A stretch of DNA of 64,000 nt from contig DAIOLC010000001.1 of NCBI GenBank assembly GCA_036756425.1, forward strand, positions 6,023 through 70,022. Reading direction: 5' to 3'. This document shows positions 8,843 through 19,624 of this stretch, piece by piece. A program made the position numbers and the translations under genes. A model generated the notes under the pieces. It was not told the DNA's origin. It worked only from the letters and a program-made list of their open reading frames with translations, and did no database searches. This stretch comes from Clostridia bacterium (GTDB lineage Bacteria > Bacillota > Clostridia > Christensenellales > Aristaeellaceae). Every line of letters starts with the position of its first letter. Position 1 is the stretch's first letter.

Positions 8843-9584
8843 CCTTCAACGGCTCCTTGCCCAGGCACCAGCCGCGCAGGTGGTTGACGGTCCGTTCCAG
8901 GGCGTCCTTCGCGTCGCCCCAGGGCAGTTCCGCGTTCCGGTAATCCGATTTTTGGGTAAAGCGGGACAAATCGCTTTCAAGCGCTTGAAGGGCGGCGGCC
9001 AGCTGGCTTTCCAGCAAGCCCCTGAAGCCGGCCTGTTCCCGGGCGCTCAGAAAATCCGGCGCCAGCAGCAGCAGGGCTTGCGCGTCCGGCAGGCAGACGC
9101 CGACGGATTGTTGATAAGCCGCCTGAAAAGCGGCGTCCGTTTTCCACAGGTGGAGGAAACTGGCGGCATGGCGCCTGCTCTGCTCGTCCAGCTCTTCGCA
9201 CAGGACGCAACCGGCGCTGTCGGCGGGGGAGCGGGGGCCGCCGGAAGCGTCCTTGCCTTTCCTGAATAACCCGGCCAGCTTTCCGCCGGGGGCGCCGGTG
9301 TCCAAGAGCCGGGGAAGCCGGGAGCGGGTTTCCTGCAGATGGGAGAGCATCATCAGCGCGTGCCCCAGGCGGTTGCCGCCCGGCGCGTTATACAGCATCT
9401 GCTGGTGAGTCCGGCAGAACCCGGTTCGGTTGACCTTGATGCGGCTGTCCGGGGACATGACCGACGCCCCGAGCGCGCGTTCCACCAGCCGCCGCTCGGT
9501 CTTCCGGCGCAGGGCGCAAAGCGGGCATCCCGCGCCGTGCTTCAGCGCGTCCCAGACCGGGATGGTGTCGATGTGATAACGCAT
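8832..9584 (-). CDS. Cysteine-motif protein, tentatively DUF6062-like
   Basis: The N-terminus MRYHIDTIPVWDALKHGAGCPLCALRRK...GFCRTHQQML resembles my recollection of the DUF6062 family. The ATG at 9584 lies 2 nt after the upstream stop. The alternative start is at 9608. Confidence 0.55.
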   Translation of the reverse strand: MRYHIDTIPVWDALKHGAGCPLCALRRKTERRLVERALGASVMSPDSRIKVNRTGFCRTHQQMLYNAPGGNRLGHALMMLSHLQETRSRLPRLLDTGAPGGKLAGLFRKGKDASGGPRSPADSAGCVLCEELDEQSRRHAASFLHLWKTDAAFQAAYQQSVGVCLPDAQALLLLAPDFLSAREQAGFRGLLESQLAAALQALESDLSRFTQKSDYRNAELPWGDAKDALERTVNHLRGWCLGKEPLKDER

Positions 9585-9586
9585 CC

Positions 9587-10729
9587 TCAGCGAGCCGGCG
9601 CCTTGCATTCCGGGCAGGTCTTAAGGTTCTTGAACGTGTCGTTGGAAACGTCCCGGTAATAGAACATCGCCGTCAGCGGACGGTATCTCGTCCCGATGGA
9701 AGAACAGTTGGGGTCGATGTGGTAAAACTCGCCGCCGTCCTGGTTGTAGTACAGCACGGTGTCCGAACGCACGGAGACTGTCTGCGCCTGTGCCTGTGCC
9801 TGCTGGGCTTCCTCGGCCAGCGCCGCCTGGCCCATGGCGGCCTGCTGGCCGGCGGCGGAATCGGCCTGGGCGACGGGGGCTTCCTGCACCACCTGGGAGG
9901 ACGAGATGGAATTGGGGTCGACGAACCACTCGTTGTTCACGCGGATCATCAGAATCTGGAAGTTGTACTTCACCGGCTCCTTGCCGTCGTTCTTGCTGAT
10001 AAGCGCCTGCATGGTGATGGTCCGCGTCTGGTCCGAGTCGCTCCCGGACACGTCGGTAATCTGGTAGCTCACCGGCGTGCGGATCGCGCTGAGGTGAAAG
10101 ATGCTCGTCTCCGCGTCCCGCTGGCTCTCATGCTGGTTGACCCAGGCCGGAGAGGAGTAGGAAACCATCGCGGCATAGTCCTTGTTCGCCCAGGCGGCCA
10201 TGAACCGGTCCAGTTTCTGCTGGGCCAGGGAGGCGCTGCCCGGGTCGGGCGTCTGGACGGCGTCCACATCCTGTGCCGCCTGCGCCATATCGGTCAGGCT
10301 GGCGGTCGTTTCATCCGAAAAAATGGACGCGAGGTCCTGTGTCTGCAGCTGCGCGGGGTTTCCGCGCGCAGGGGAGGATACCAGGATGGCGAACAGCGCC
10401 ACGGCAATCATCGCCGCGTGCACGACGCCCAGCACCCTCCGCGCGTTGGGGACGAAGGCTTTCAGAAGGGCCATCAGCGCAATCCCGGCCAGGCTGAGGA
10501 TGACGAAGGCCCAGTAGAGCCGCGTGTCCCGGACCAGCAGGGAAACGATGAACAAAACCGGCAGCGCCGCGACCAGCAGCACCTGCAGGAAAACGTAACT
10601 GCGCGGGTTGGGCGCTGCGATACCTGCAGCCGCCTGCCCCCGTTGTTTCGGGGGTTGTTGCTGCCTGGGCGGGCGCCGGCGCAAATCCTGCAGCGGCGCG
10701 CTGGAATACCTGGACCTGTTTTCGCTCAT
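9587..10729 (-). CDS. Membrane protein with R/P/Q-rich N-terminus, 3 TM helices, an extracytoplasmic domain and a C-terminal Cys motif
   Basis: 380-aa ORF with hydrophobic segments at roughly aa 45-120. The C-terminus reads YYNQDGGEFYHIDPNCSS...CPECKAP. No family is assignable by eye. Confidence 0.6.
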   Translation of the reverse strand: MSENRSRYSSAPLQDLRRRPPRQQQPPKQRGQAAAGIAAPNPRSYVFLQVLLVAALPVLFIVSLLVRDTRLYWAFVILSLAGIALMALLKAFVPNARRVLGVVHAAMIAVALFAILVSSPARGNPAQLQTQDLASIFSDETTASLTDMAQAAQDVDAVQTPDPGSASLAQQKLDRFMAAWANKDYAAMVSYSSPAWVNQHESQRDAETSIFHLSAIRTPVSYQITDVSGSDSDQTRTITMQALISKNDGKEPVKYNFQILMIRVNNEWFVDPNSISSSQVVQEAPVAQADSAAGQQAAMGQAALAEEAQQAQAQAQTVSVRSDTVLYYNQDGGEFYHIDPNCSSIGTRYRPLTAMFYYRDVSNDTFKNLKTCPECKAPAR

Positions 10730-10818
10730 GCCCTGTTCCTTCCGAAATGCTGATGGGAGTGCGACGCATCCGTATTATAGCATACTGTGACGGATTCTTT
10801 TCAATTGTGTGACAACGC

Positions 10819-10851
10819 AAAAAAGAAGCCGCGCAGATGCGGTTGGCGCGG
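10819..10851 (-). terminator. Rho-independent terminator downstream of dnaX
   Basis: Minus-strand CCGCGC-N11-GCGCGG followed by CTTCTTTTTT. Confidence 0.55.
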
Positions 10852-10945
10852 AAAACAGCCTGTTCCCATGGAAGAAGTGGGGGAACTGCCGCTGTTTGGC
10901 GTTGTTTACGAGAATGAAGTGGTGTTGACTGGCGGTTCTTTACGG

Positions 10946-12678
<1,733 letters not shown>

Positions 12679-12679
<1 letters not shown>

Positions 12680-13548
12680 CAGATTTCCTCCCCGGTCAGT
12701 TTGCGGAAGCCCTCGCCCAGCGTTTCGTGCGTGTCGGTGATGAACATGAACGCCTGGGGGTCCTCCTCCTGCACAATCTGCTTGATTTTTACCGTTTCCA
12801 GCCGTCCGACGATGCTCAGCAGCATCTTGAATTCCCGTCCCGAATAGGCGCCGGAGGCGTTCAGCACCGTGACGCCGCGCTCCAGTTCGTCCATCACCCG
12901 CTTGGCAATCCGGTCCGGCTCCCGGCTGATGACATAGCAGGCTTTGTCGGTGCCGATGCCCAGGAGGGCCTGGTCGAGCACCTTGGCGGAGACGAACACG
13001 CATACGATCGCGTACAGCGCGTGCTGCACGCTCATGAACAGCCAGGCCAGCAGGATGACGGCCAGGTCGAAGGCGAAGAGGAAGGAGCCGATGCTGATCG
13101 CGCGCTGGCGGTGGTGCACGATGCGCGCCAGCAGGTCGGTGCCGCCCGTGGTCGCGTTCCCGCGGATGATCAGCGCCAGCCCGAAGCCCAGCATGACGCC
13201 GCCGAAGACGGCCGCCAGCATGGGGTCCAGGCTCAGCGGCTCGAAATTCATCAGGTCGATGAGGACGGAAAACAGGACGGTCGCCAGCACCGTGCGCAGG
13301 ATGAACCGCGCGCCGATAAGCCGCCAGCCCAGGATAATCAGCGGGATGTTGAGCACCAGGCTCCCCAGGCCGATGGGAACGGCAAAATAGTAGTTCAAAA
13401 TCATCGTGACGCCCGTCAACCCGCCGGGCGCGATGTGGTTGGGCTCCAGGAAGAGCGGGTAGCTGGCCGCGCCGATCAGGCAGCCAATCAGCATCAAGGC
13501 GTATTGCCGGAACGTATTCGCATTGAAGACCCGGGACAGCAGCGCCAT
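12679..13548 (-). CDS. YitT-family membrane protein with a C-terminal DUF2179-like domain
   Basis: It has five or six TM segments. The soluble C-terminal domain (RGVTVLNASGAYSGREFKMLLSIV...FMFITDTHETLGEGF) is typical of YitT/DUF2179. Confidence 0.85.
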
Positions 13549-13600
13549 TTTCCACCTCAGGCAACGTCGGAGTAGGGGAGATTGTTCTTTCTGTCCCTGG

Positions 13601-14302
13601 CTACAGCTCGGCCTCCAGCCGCACGCACCGCCCGACGACGACGGCGTCAGACATCGGGACGATTTCGCTTTCGTTCTGCCGGTCGAAGGTCTGCAGGAGC
13701 AGCTGGTAGCGCGGCAGGATTTTGACCATGTACAGCTGCTTTCCCAGCTTGGTGTCCAGCAGCATCATTTTCCCGTCCTCGGCCGCCTGCGCGGGCACCA
13801 CCAGCACCAGGTCCCCCTGGTGGACGCGGAAACCCCGCATCCGCTGGTCGGGCGATACGAAATAAAAGACCTTGTCCGCCGGGGCGCCTTCGATTTTCCC
13901 CTGCAGAACCGGAAGCATCCGGCTGCCTACCTGCGCCATGACGGCGTTGTACACGGGCACGCTGCGCAGGATGCCGCTGAGGGCGTCCAGCCAGATGGAG
14001 CCGTCGCCCTTTTCGGCCTCCTTCGGCTCCGCCTTCTTTGCCTTTTCCAGCCGCTGCGGGCTGACGGCGGCCTGCAGGTCCACCGTGGCCGCGATGTCGT
14101 CGAGCGTAAAGGCGGCCTCCGGCGCCTGCTGCGCGCCCATTTTTTTCAGAATCCGGCGCGCCTGGTCGTCCTGGATGATGCGGGAGCCCGACTCCACTTC
14201 CAGCAGGTATTTCTCGCTGACCCCGGCGAGTTTGGATACTTCCTTCGCGCTCATCCCGCGGCGCGTTCGCTCCAGATGCAGCAGGTCGCCCAGACGGCTC
14301 AT
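13601..14302 (-). CDS. XRE-type HTH protein with a C-terminal S24/LexA-like beta domain
   Basis: HTH: MSAKEVSKLAGVSEKYLLEVESG. The C-terminus aligns by eye to the LexA/S24 fold (HQGDLVLVVP...MVKILP). The start is taken at MSRLGDLL. The track ORF begins at 14338. Confidence 0.65.
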   Translation of the reverse strand: MSRLGDLLHLERTRRGMSAKEVSKLAGVSEKYLLEVESGSRIIQDDQARRILKKMGAQQAPEAAFTLDDIAATVDLQAAVSPQRLEKAKKAEPKEAEKGDGSIWLDALSGILRSVPVYNAVMAQVGSRMLPVLQGKIEGAPADKVFYFVSPDQRMRGFRVHQGDLVLVVPAQAAEDGKMMLLDTKLGKQLYMVKILPRYQLLLQTFDRQNESEIVPMSDAVVVGRCVRLEAEL

Positions 14303-14371
14303 ATCGTCCCTCCCAATCCCGTGATAAGCATAGCCCATGCCGTGAACAGCGTCAATCGCCGCATCGTCGGG

Positions 14372-14398
14372 TTAGCACTCAGGAGATGAGAGTGCTAA
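14372..14398 (+). promoter_or_regulatory. CIRCE element (HrcA operator)
   Basis: TTAGCACTC-aggagatga-GAGTGCTAA is an exact match to the consensus TTAGCACTC-N9-GAGTGCTAA. It lies 70 nt upstream of the htpG ATG. Confidence 0.88.
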
Positions 14399-14405
14399 AA
14401 ATCGC

Positions 14406-14434
14406 TTGCCTGCCGCCCGTATGCGTGATACAAT
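14406..14434 (+). promoter_or_regulatory. Sigma-70-type promoter candidate for htpG
   Basis: TTGCCT (14406-14411), a 17-nt spacer, then TACAAT (14429-14434). It sits immediately downstream of CIRCE. Confidence 0.4.
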
Positions 14435-14467
14435 GGCCCTGCAACAACATTCGGAGGTTTTGACACC

Positions 14468-16465
14468 ATGGCCAGCAAGCAAGCCGCTGCCAGGACGGGC
14501 AGCATTTCCATCGACGCGCAGAACATCATGCCGGTCATCAAGCGATGGCTGTATTCGGATAAGGACATCTTCCTGCGCGAAATCGTGTCCAACGGCGTGG
14601 ACGCGGTCACCAAGCTGAAAATGCTGGGAAAGGGCGGGGACGAGGAGCTGAAGGTGGTCGTCACCCTGGACCGGAAGAAGGGTGAAATCCGCGTCTGGGA
14701 CAACGGCGTGGGCATGACGGCGGAGGAGATGGACCGGTATATCAACCAGGTCGCTTTCTCCAGCGCGGAGGAGTTCCTCAAGAACTACACCGGGGAGGAC
14801 GCGTCCGGAATTATCGGCCATTTCGGCCTGGGTTTTTACTCCGCCTTCATGGCCGCCGACAAGGTCAGCGTGGATTCCCTGTCCTGGGAGGACGGCGCGA
14901 AGCCCGTGCACTGGACCAGCGACGACGGCATCTCCTACGAGATGAAGGACGGGAAGCGCAAGGAGCGCGGGACCACCGTGACCATGCACCTGAGCGAGGA
15001 GGAAAAGGGTTTCCTCGACGGCCATACCGCGCGCGAGGTGCTGGAAAAATACTGCGGATACATGTCCGTGCCCGTGTACCTGGAAGACCCGGAGGACATC
15101 AAAAAGCGCCGGGAGGACGCGAAGAAGCGGAAGCAGGAACGCGAGGAAGCCGATAAAAAGCGGAAGGCGGAGCAGGGCGGCGAAGACAGCGCGCCGGAGA
15201 CGCCGGCGCCTTTTGGGGAGGAGGAGGAGCCGGGCCCCGTCCTGGTCAACGACACCCACCCCCTCTGGCTCAAGGCGCCCAAGGACTGCACGGACGAGGA
15301 ATACCGGGAGACCTACCGCAAGCTCTTCCGCACCTGGGAAGACCCCCTGTTCTGGATTCACTTGAATGTGGATTACCCCTTCAACCTGAAGGGCATCCTC
15401 TATTTCCCGCGCATCAAGCGCGACTTCTCGGGGCAGGACGGGGAAATCAAGCTGTTTAACCGGCAGGTCTTCGTCGCCGACAACATCAAGGAGGTCATCC
15501 CCGAGTTCCTGATGGTGCTCAAAGGCGTCATCGACTGCCCGGACCTGCCGCTGAACGTCTCCCGGTCCTTCCTGCAAAACGACGGATACGTGCGCAAGCT
15601 CTCCCAGCACATCGTCAAGAAGGTGGCCGACAAGCTCAACAGCCTCTTTGAAAATGACCGGGAAACCTACCAGAAATACTGGGACGACATCCATCCCTTC
15701 ATCAAGTTCGGATGCATCCAGGACAAGAAGTTCTATGACGCCGTCAAGGGGTCGCTGCTGCTGAAAACCACCCGCGGCGACTACCTGACGCTGGACGAGT
15801 ACAAGGCGCGCAACGGCGGGAAGGCGGAGAAGAAGGCGTATTACACCACGGACGCCGCCCGCCAGGCGGCCAGCGTCGCCCCCTTTGAGAAGAGGGACAT
15901 CGACGTGGCGGTGATGGATACGCTCATCGACGTGAACTTCATGTCCTTCCTGGAGTATTCCGGCGGCGCGGAGCTGGACTTCCTGCGCGTGGACGCCGAC
16001 GTGAAGGGGTTGAAGGAGGACAGCGAGGAAGGCGGCGGCATCGACCGGGAAAAGCTGGAGAAGCGCGCCCGGGACGTACTGGGCATGCCTGACCTGAGCG
16101 TTCAGGTGGAGGCGCTCAGCGACCGGGAGACCCCCGGGATGCTGACGGAAGACGAGCAGCTGAGACGATATAAGGAAATGAGCCGGATATACGGTGACAA
16201 GCACCCCTTCCCGGAGCGCTACACCCTGGTGCTCAACCGCCTGAACCCCTCGGTCGCCGCCATCGCCTCCATGCAGGAGGACGAGCGGCAGGCGCTGCTG
16301 ATTGCCCAGGTATTCGACCTGGCGCGCCTGTCCTCCCGGCCGCTGGAAGGGGACGAGCTCAAAGCCTTCATGAAGCGCAGCAACGCCCTCATTGACCTGC
16401 TCGCCCGTCCGGACGATAATGGGGCAAAGGAGGGCGGTAAAAATGAAGAAGGTAGCGCTGGGTAA
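14468..16465 (+). CDS. htpG: Molecular chaperone HtpG (Hsp90)
   Basis: The N-terminal GHKL ATPase motifs are present (LYSDKDIFLREIVSNGVDA, DNGVGMT, GHFGLGFYSAFM). A charged linker and Hsp90 middle and C domains follow. Confidence 0.96.
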   Translation: MASKQAAARTGSISIDAQNIMPVIKRWLYSDKDIFLREIVSNGVDAVTKLKMLGKGGDEELKVVVTLDRKKGEIRVWDNGVGMTAEEMDRYINQVAFSSAEEFLKNYTGEDASGIIGHFGLGFYSAFMAADKVSVDSLSWEDGAKPVHWTSDDGISYEMKDGKRKERGTTVTMHLSEEEKGFLDGHTAREVLEKYCGYMSVPVYLEDPEDIKKRREDAKKRKQEREEADKKRKAEQGGEDSAPETPAPFGEEEEPGPVLVNDTHPLWLKAPKDCTDEEYRETYRKLFRTWEDPLFWIHLNVDYPFNLKGILYFPRIKRDFSGQDGEIKLFNRQVFVADNIKEVIPEFLMVLKGVIDCPDLPLNVSRSFLQNDGYVRKLSQHIVKKVADKLNSLFENDRETYQKYWDDIHPFIKFGCIQDKKFYDAVKGSLLLKTTRGDYLTLDEYKARNGGKAEKKAYYTTDAARQAASVAPFEKRDIDVAVMDTLIDVNFMSFLEYSGGAELDFLRVDADVKGLKEDSEEGGGIDREKLEKRARDVLGMPDLSVQVEALSDRETPGMLTEDEQLRRYKEMSRIYGDKHPFPERYTLVLNRLNPSVAAIASMQEDERQALLIAQVFDLARLSSRPLEGDELKAFMKRSNALIDLLARPDDNGAKEGGKNEEGSAG

Positions 16466-17336
16466 AACCGGTTTCCTGGTTTCTCCCGTCATTTACGCCG
16501 GCATCGTCAGCATGGACGTGCCGCAGGCCGACTCGGACCGGTACGTGGCCGCCTCGGTGGACGCCGGGGTCAACTACTTCGACGTCGCGCCCAGCTACGG
16601 CAACGCGGAGGTCACCCTGGGCCCCTCCCTGGAACCTTACCGGAAGGACGTGCTCCTGGCCTGCAAGACCACCTGCCGCGGGAAGAAGGAAGCGGAGAAG
16701 GAGCTGCGCGCCTCCCTCAACAACCTTCGGACCGACTGGTTCGACCTCTACCAGTTGCACGCCATGCGCACCCCGCAGGACGTGCGGGAAGCCTTCGCGC
16801 CTGACGGGACGATGGAGCTGCTGCTCAGGCTCAAGCGGGACGGCGTCATCCGGAAGCTTGGCATCAGCGCGCACAGCGAGCGGGCTGCCCTGGAGTGCCT
16901 TCAGCTGTATCCCTTCGACTCCGTGATGTTCCCGGTAAACTGGATGCTCAACTTCGGCCAGGGCATCGGGGACGAGCTGACGAAAGCGAAGGCCGCGGAA
17001 GGCTTTGGCCTGCTGGCCATCAAGTCCATCGTCGAGCGCGCCTGGAAGGACGAGGCGGAGCGGGAAGCGTCCCCCTGGCCCAAGTCCTGGTGCAAGCCCA
17101 TTGACGCGCAGGACAAACGCCTGCGCTTGGCCGCGATGCGCTTTGCCTACCATCTGGGCGCGGATGTTCTGATTCCGCCGGGCAACTGGGAATGCCAGTC
17201 CTTCATGGCTGAGCACGCCGACGAATGCCGGGGCACGCCCTATTCGGAAGAGGACGGAAGGCTGCTTGCCGCGCATTATGAAAAGGTCAGGGAACAGCCC
17301 TTCTTCCGGAAGGACGAGGGCGGCTGGGCGGCCTGA
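16443..17336 (+). CDS. Aldo/keto reductase family oxidoreductase
   Basis: MKKVALGKTGFLVSPVIYAG...NYFDVAPSYGNAE...DLYQLH...GISAHS. The ATG at 16443 overlaps the htpG 3' end. Confidence 0.8.
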   Translation: MKKVALGKTGFLVSPVIYAGIVSMDVPQADSDRYVAASVDAGVNYFDVAPSYGNAEVTLGPSLEPYRKDVLLACKTTCRGKKEAEKELRASLNNLRTDWFDLYQLHAMRTPQDVREAFAPDGTMELLLRLKRDGVIRKLGISAHSERAALECLQLYPFDSVMFPVNWMLNFGQGIGDELTKAKAAEGFGLLAIKSIVERAWKDEAEREASPWPKSWCKPIDAQDKRLRLAAMRFAYHLGADVLIPPGNWECQSFMAEHADECRGTPYSEEDGRLLAAHYEKVREQPFFRKDEGGWAA

Positions 17337-17356
17337 ATAACAGGCAAACCGAATCA

Positions 17357-17383
17357 ACCGGGCGGCCGCTCAGGCCGCCCGGT
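17357..17383. terminator. Bidirectional GC hairpin between convergent genes
   Basis: ACCGGGCGGCC-gctca-GGCCGCCCGGT lies between the AKR stop (17336) and the cvpA stop (17401). The flanking T/A tracts are weak. Confidence 0.5.
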
Positions 17384-17400
17384 CTTCGATATCCGGCGAA

Positions 17401-18105
17401 TTACCCCCCGCGGATGATGCGCATGAAGAAGCCGTCGTTCCGGAACAGGGATGCGACGGAGCTGGTCGACAGGTAATCGGCGAACTGGTTGTCCGGCACG
17501 ACGACCTGGATGAGCGGGAACAGCAGCACCAGGAGGTAGCAGACGACCGCCCCGCGCGCCAGGCCGAACAGCCCGCCGGCCAGCCAGTCCAGCTGGCGCA
17601 GGATGGGAAACTCGAACACATGGCGCACCAGCGAGGTGAGCAGCATCCAGACGATATAGGCAATCAGGCAGCAGGCTAGGAAGCACAAAATCCCGATGCC
17701 CGCCTGCACCACGGTGTTGGACACGTACTCGTTCACCGTCGCCAGGCCCTTTCCGGAGAACGCCTGGGTCAGGATGTTGTCCTTCAGGGCGTTTTCGATG
17801 GGCGCCGGCAGGGAGACGCTGTTGAGCACCGTTTCCAGCACGTTGCCGCTCACGCCGCTGACGGGCGCCCTGGCCAGCTCGTAGTCGCCCACCCGCGCGA
17901 CGGCGTCGGAATAGTTGGCCAGCACCCCCGTCACCGCCTGGTTGGAGGACAGCAGAGCGGCCAATTTCGGGCCGAACACCAGCCCGGCCAGGATGGACAG
18001 GCCCAGCCCCAGCAGGCTGGAAACCGACTGGATGAACCCGTGATAAAACCCGTAAATCACGCTGATGAGCAGCACGAACAGCAGAATCCCGTCGACGATG
18101 TTCAA
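17401..18105 (-). CDS. cvpA: CvpA-family membrane protein
   Basis: The N-terminus MNIVDGILLFVLLISVIYGFYHGF and four TM segments are typical of the colicin V production protein family. Confidence 0.8.
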   Translation of the reverse strand: MNIVDGILLFVLLISVIYGFYHGFIQSVSSLLGLGLSILAGLVFGPKLAALLSSNQAVTGVLANYSDAVARVGDYELARAPVSGVSGNVLETVLNSVSLPAPIENALKDNILTQAFSGKGLATVNEYVSNTVVQAGIGILCFLACCLIAYIVWMLLTSLVRHVFEFPILRQLDWLAGGLFGLARGAVVCYLLVLLFPLIQVVVPDNQFADYLSTSSVASLFRNDGFFMRIIRGG

Positions 18106-18121
18106 TGCCTTCCCTCCGTTT

Positions 18122-19228
18122 TCATGGCTGGGAAATCAGGTACACGTCCGCCCCCGAGCTGACCAGGGCCGCCCCGTTGGACAGCTTCCCGACAAAGCCG
18201 GTCACCGGTTGATTCAAGCCCAGTTTCAGCGCGGAAAACCGCTGCGCGTTGATTTCGGCCCGGTAAAGCGTATCCGCCGATACGGCGAAGATGGTGTCTC
18301 CCTTTAGCCCGGCGCCGACGCAGTTGTCCGGCAGGGTGTAACGGCTGTCCCGCTTGCCGCTGGTCAGCACACGCAGTTCCGTTATCTGCTGCTCCTGCTC
18401 CGTCTGCATTGCCGGTGCGAAAAGCATCAGCGCGTCGCCGGAGCCGGTGACGCTGTCCACCAGCTGCCAGCCGTACACCAGCTGCTTGGAAAAGGGGTCG
18501 ATGGTGCCCCTGTAGTCGTACAGGTTCAGGTCGCGCGTGTTGATGACGTGCAGTTTCTGGCCGGAATACAGGACCTTGTAGGTCACGTCCTCGCCCAGGT
18601 CCACCTCGCCCGTGTTCATGGCGCCGACGCGGTAGATGTTCATGATGGTGACGGGGGCGATGCCGTAAACGTCCAGCGCCGTCGTCCACAGGTAGTTGCC
18701 GTTCTCAAAGAAATCCAGGTCCAGAATCTGCTTGTCGGCGTAGGCGACCGTCTCCGAGTCCACCGCCAGGCCGTTGACGTCCTTGACCAGCAGCGTCGGG
18801 CTGAACCCCTCGCCGACCACCGCGGCGACGTACTGCCGGCCGGGCTTTGCAAACTGGATGGATTCGGGCAGCCGGTCGTTGTAGGTCGCGCGACCGTTCC
18901 GGTCCAGGATGTGCAGGTGCGCGCCAATCCAGGCGGCAACGACGCTGTCGCTGGCCGTGAAGCGCGCCCCGGGACCCAGTGCGTACTTCCATTGCTCCGT
19001 GCCGTTGGCGTTGAGGCAGAACAGGGTCGTTCCGTCGTAGTAAAGCACCTTGTCCCCGAAGGGCGTCACCTGCTGGGAGACCACGCATCGCAGTTTGCGC
19101 ACGCTGAGCCCGCGGGGGCCGCCGCCAAAGGCGCCCAGTACGTACAGGAATAGCAGCGCCGCGACCAGAATCGCCGACATCGCCAGCAAAAACCGGAACC
19201 GGTTGCCGCGTTCGCCGCCGCGCTGCAT
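18122..19228 (-). CDS. Membrane-anchored repeat protein, tentatively DUF5711-like
   Basis: It has a single N-terminal TM. The rest shows repetitive beta-rich segments (YYDGTTLFCLNANGTEQWKY...). The family name is from memory only. Confidence 0.55.
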   Translation of the reverse strand: MQRGGERGNRFRFLLAMSAILVAALLFLYVLGAFGGGPRGLSVRKLRCVVSQQVTPFGDKVLYYDGTTLFCLNANGTEQWKYALGPGARFTASDSVVAAWIGAHLHILDRNGRATYNDRLPESIQFAKPGRQYVAAVVGEGFSPTLLVKDVNGLAVDSETVAYADKQILDLDFFENGNYLWTTALDVYGIAPVTIMNIYRVGAMNTGEVDLGEDVTYKVLYSGQKLHVINTRDLNLYDYRGTIDPFSKQLVYGWQLVDSVTGSGDALMLFAPAMQTEQEQQITELRVLTSGKRDSRYTLPDNCVGAGLKGDTIFAVSADTLYRAEINAQRFSALKLGLNQPVTGFVGKLSNGAALVSSGADVYLISQP

Positions 19229-19304
19229 GACAAACCTCCCCGCATGAAATCAAGGGGATTATAAACGCCGCCGCCCGGATGGTCAAACCGGCGGCCGGCG
19301 CGGC

Positions 19305-19586
19305 TCAGCGTTGCCGGAGGATTTCCTCCTGGACGCCCCGGCTGATTTCGAAGATGCGCCCATACAGGGCTTCCAGTCGGCCCTGGTGCCGCGGCGGAAC
19401 CCGTTCGCGCAGCCGCGCCAGCACGGCCTTCTCCCGCTCGGGCTGGTAAACCTCCATGTTCCGTGCGGCCTTGAACCACGCGATGCGCTCCGCCACCTCC
19501 AGCCTTTTCACAAACAGCTCCGTGATTTGGTTGTCCAGGCGGTTAAGCTCCTCCCGGTATTGTTCCAGTTCCATTTTGTTCCTCAC
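19305..19586 (-). CDS. Chorismate mutase (AroQ class)
   Basis: 93-aa all-helical protein. LEQYREELNRLDNQITELFVKRLEVAERIAWFK is the typical AroQ helix 1 with conserved R/K positions. Confidence 0.75.
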   Translation of the reverse strand: MRNKMELEQYREELNRLDNQITELFVKRLEVAERIAWFKAARNMEVYQPEREKAVLARLRERVPPRHQGRLEALYGRIFEISRGVQEEILRQR

Positions 19587-19624
19587 TTCTCGTCGAAAAT
19601 CGAAAACGGCCTTTCGCAGCGCCT

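Noticed and set aside
14372-16492. A 706-aa ORF antisense to htpG. Similar very long antisense or out-of-frame ORFs occur elsewhere (e.g. 2454-3644, 4542-5933, 22788-23861, 24859-26076, 30222-31493, 61679-63631).
   Set aside because: They overlap genes with unmistakable conserved products on the other strand or frame. Their translations are Arg/Gly/Ala/Pro/His-rich low-complexity strings. Stop codons are rare in GC-rich DNA, so such ORFs are expected artefacts.
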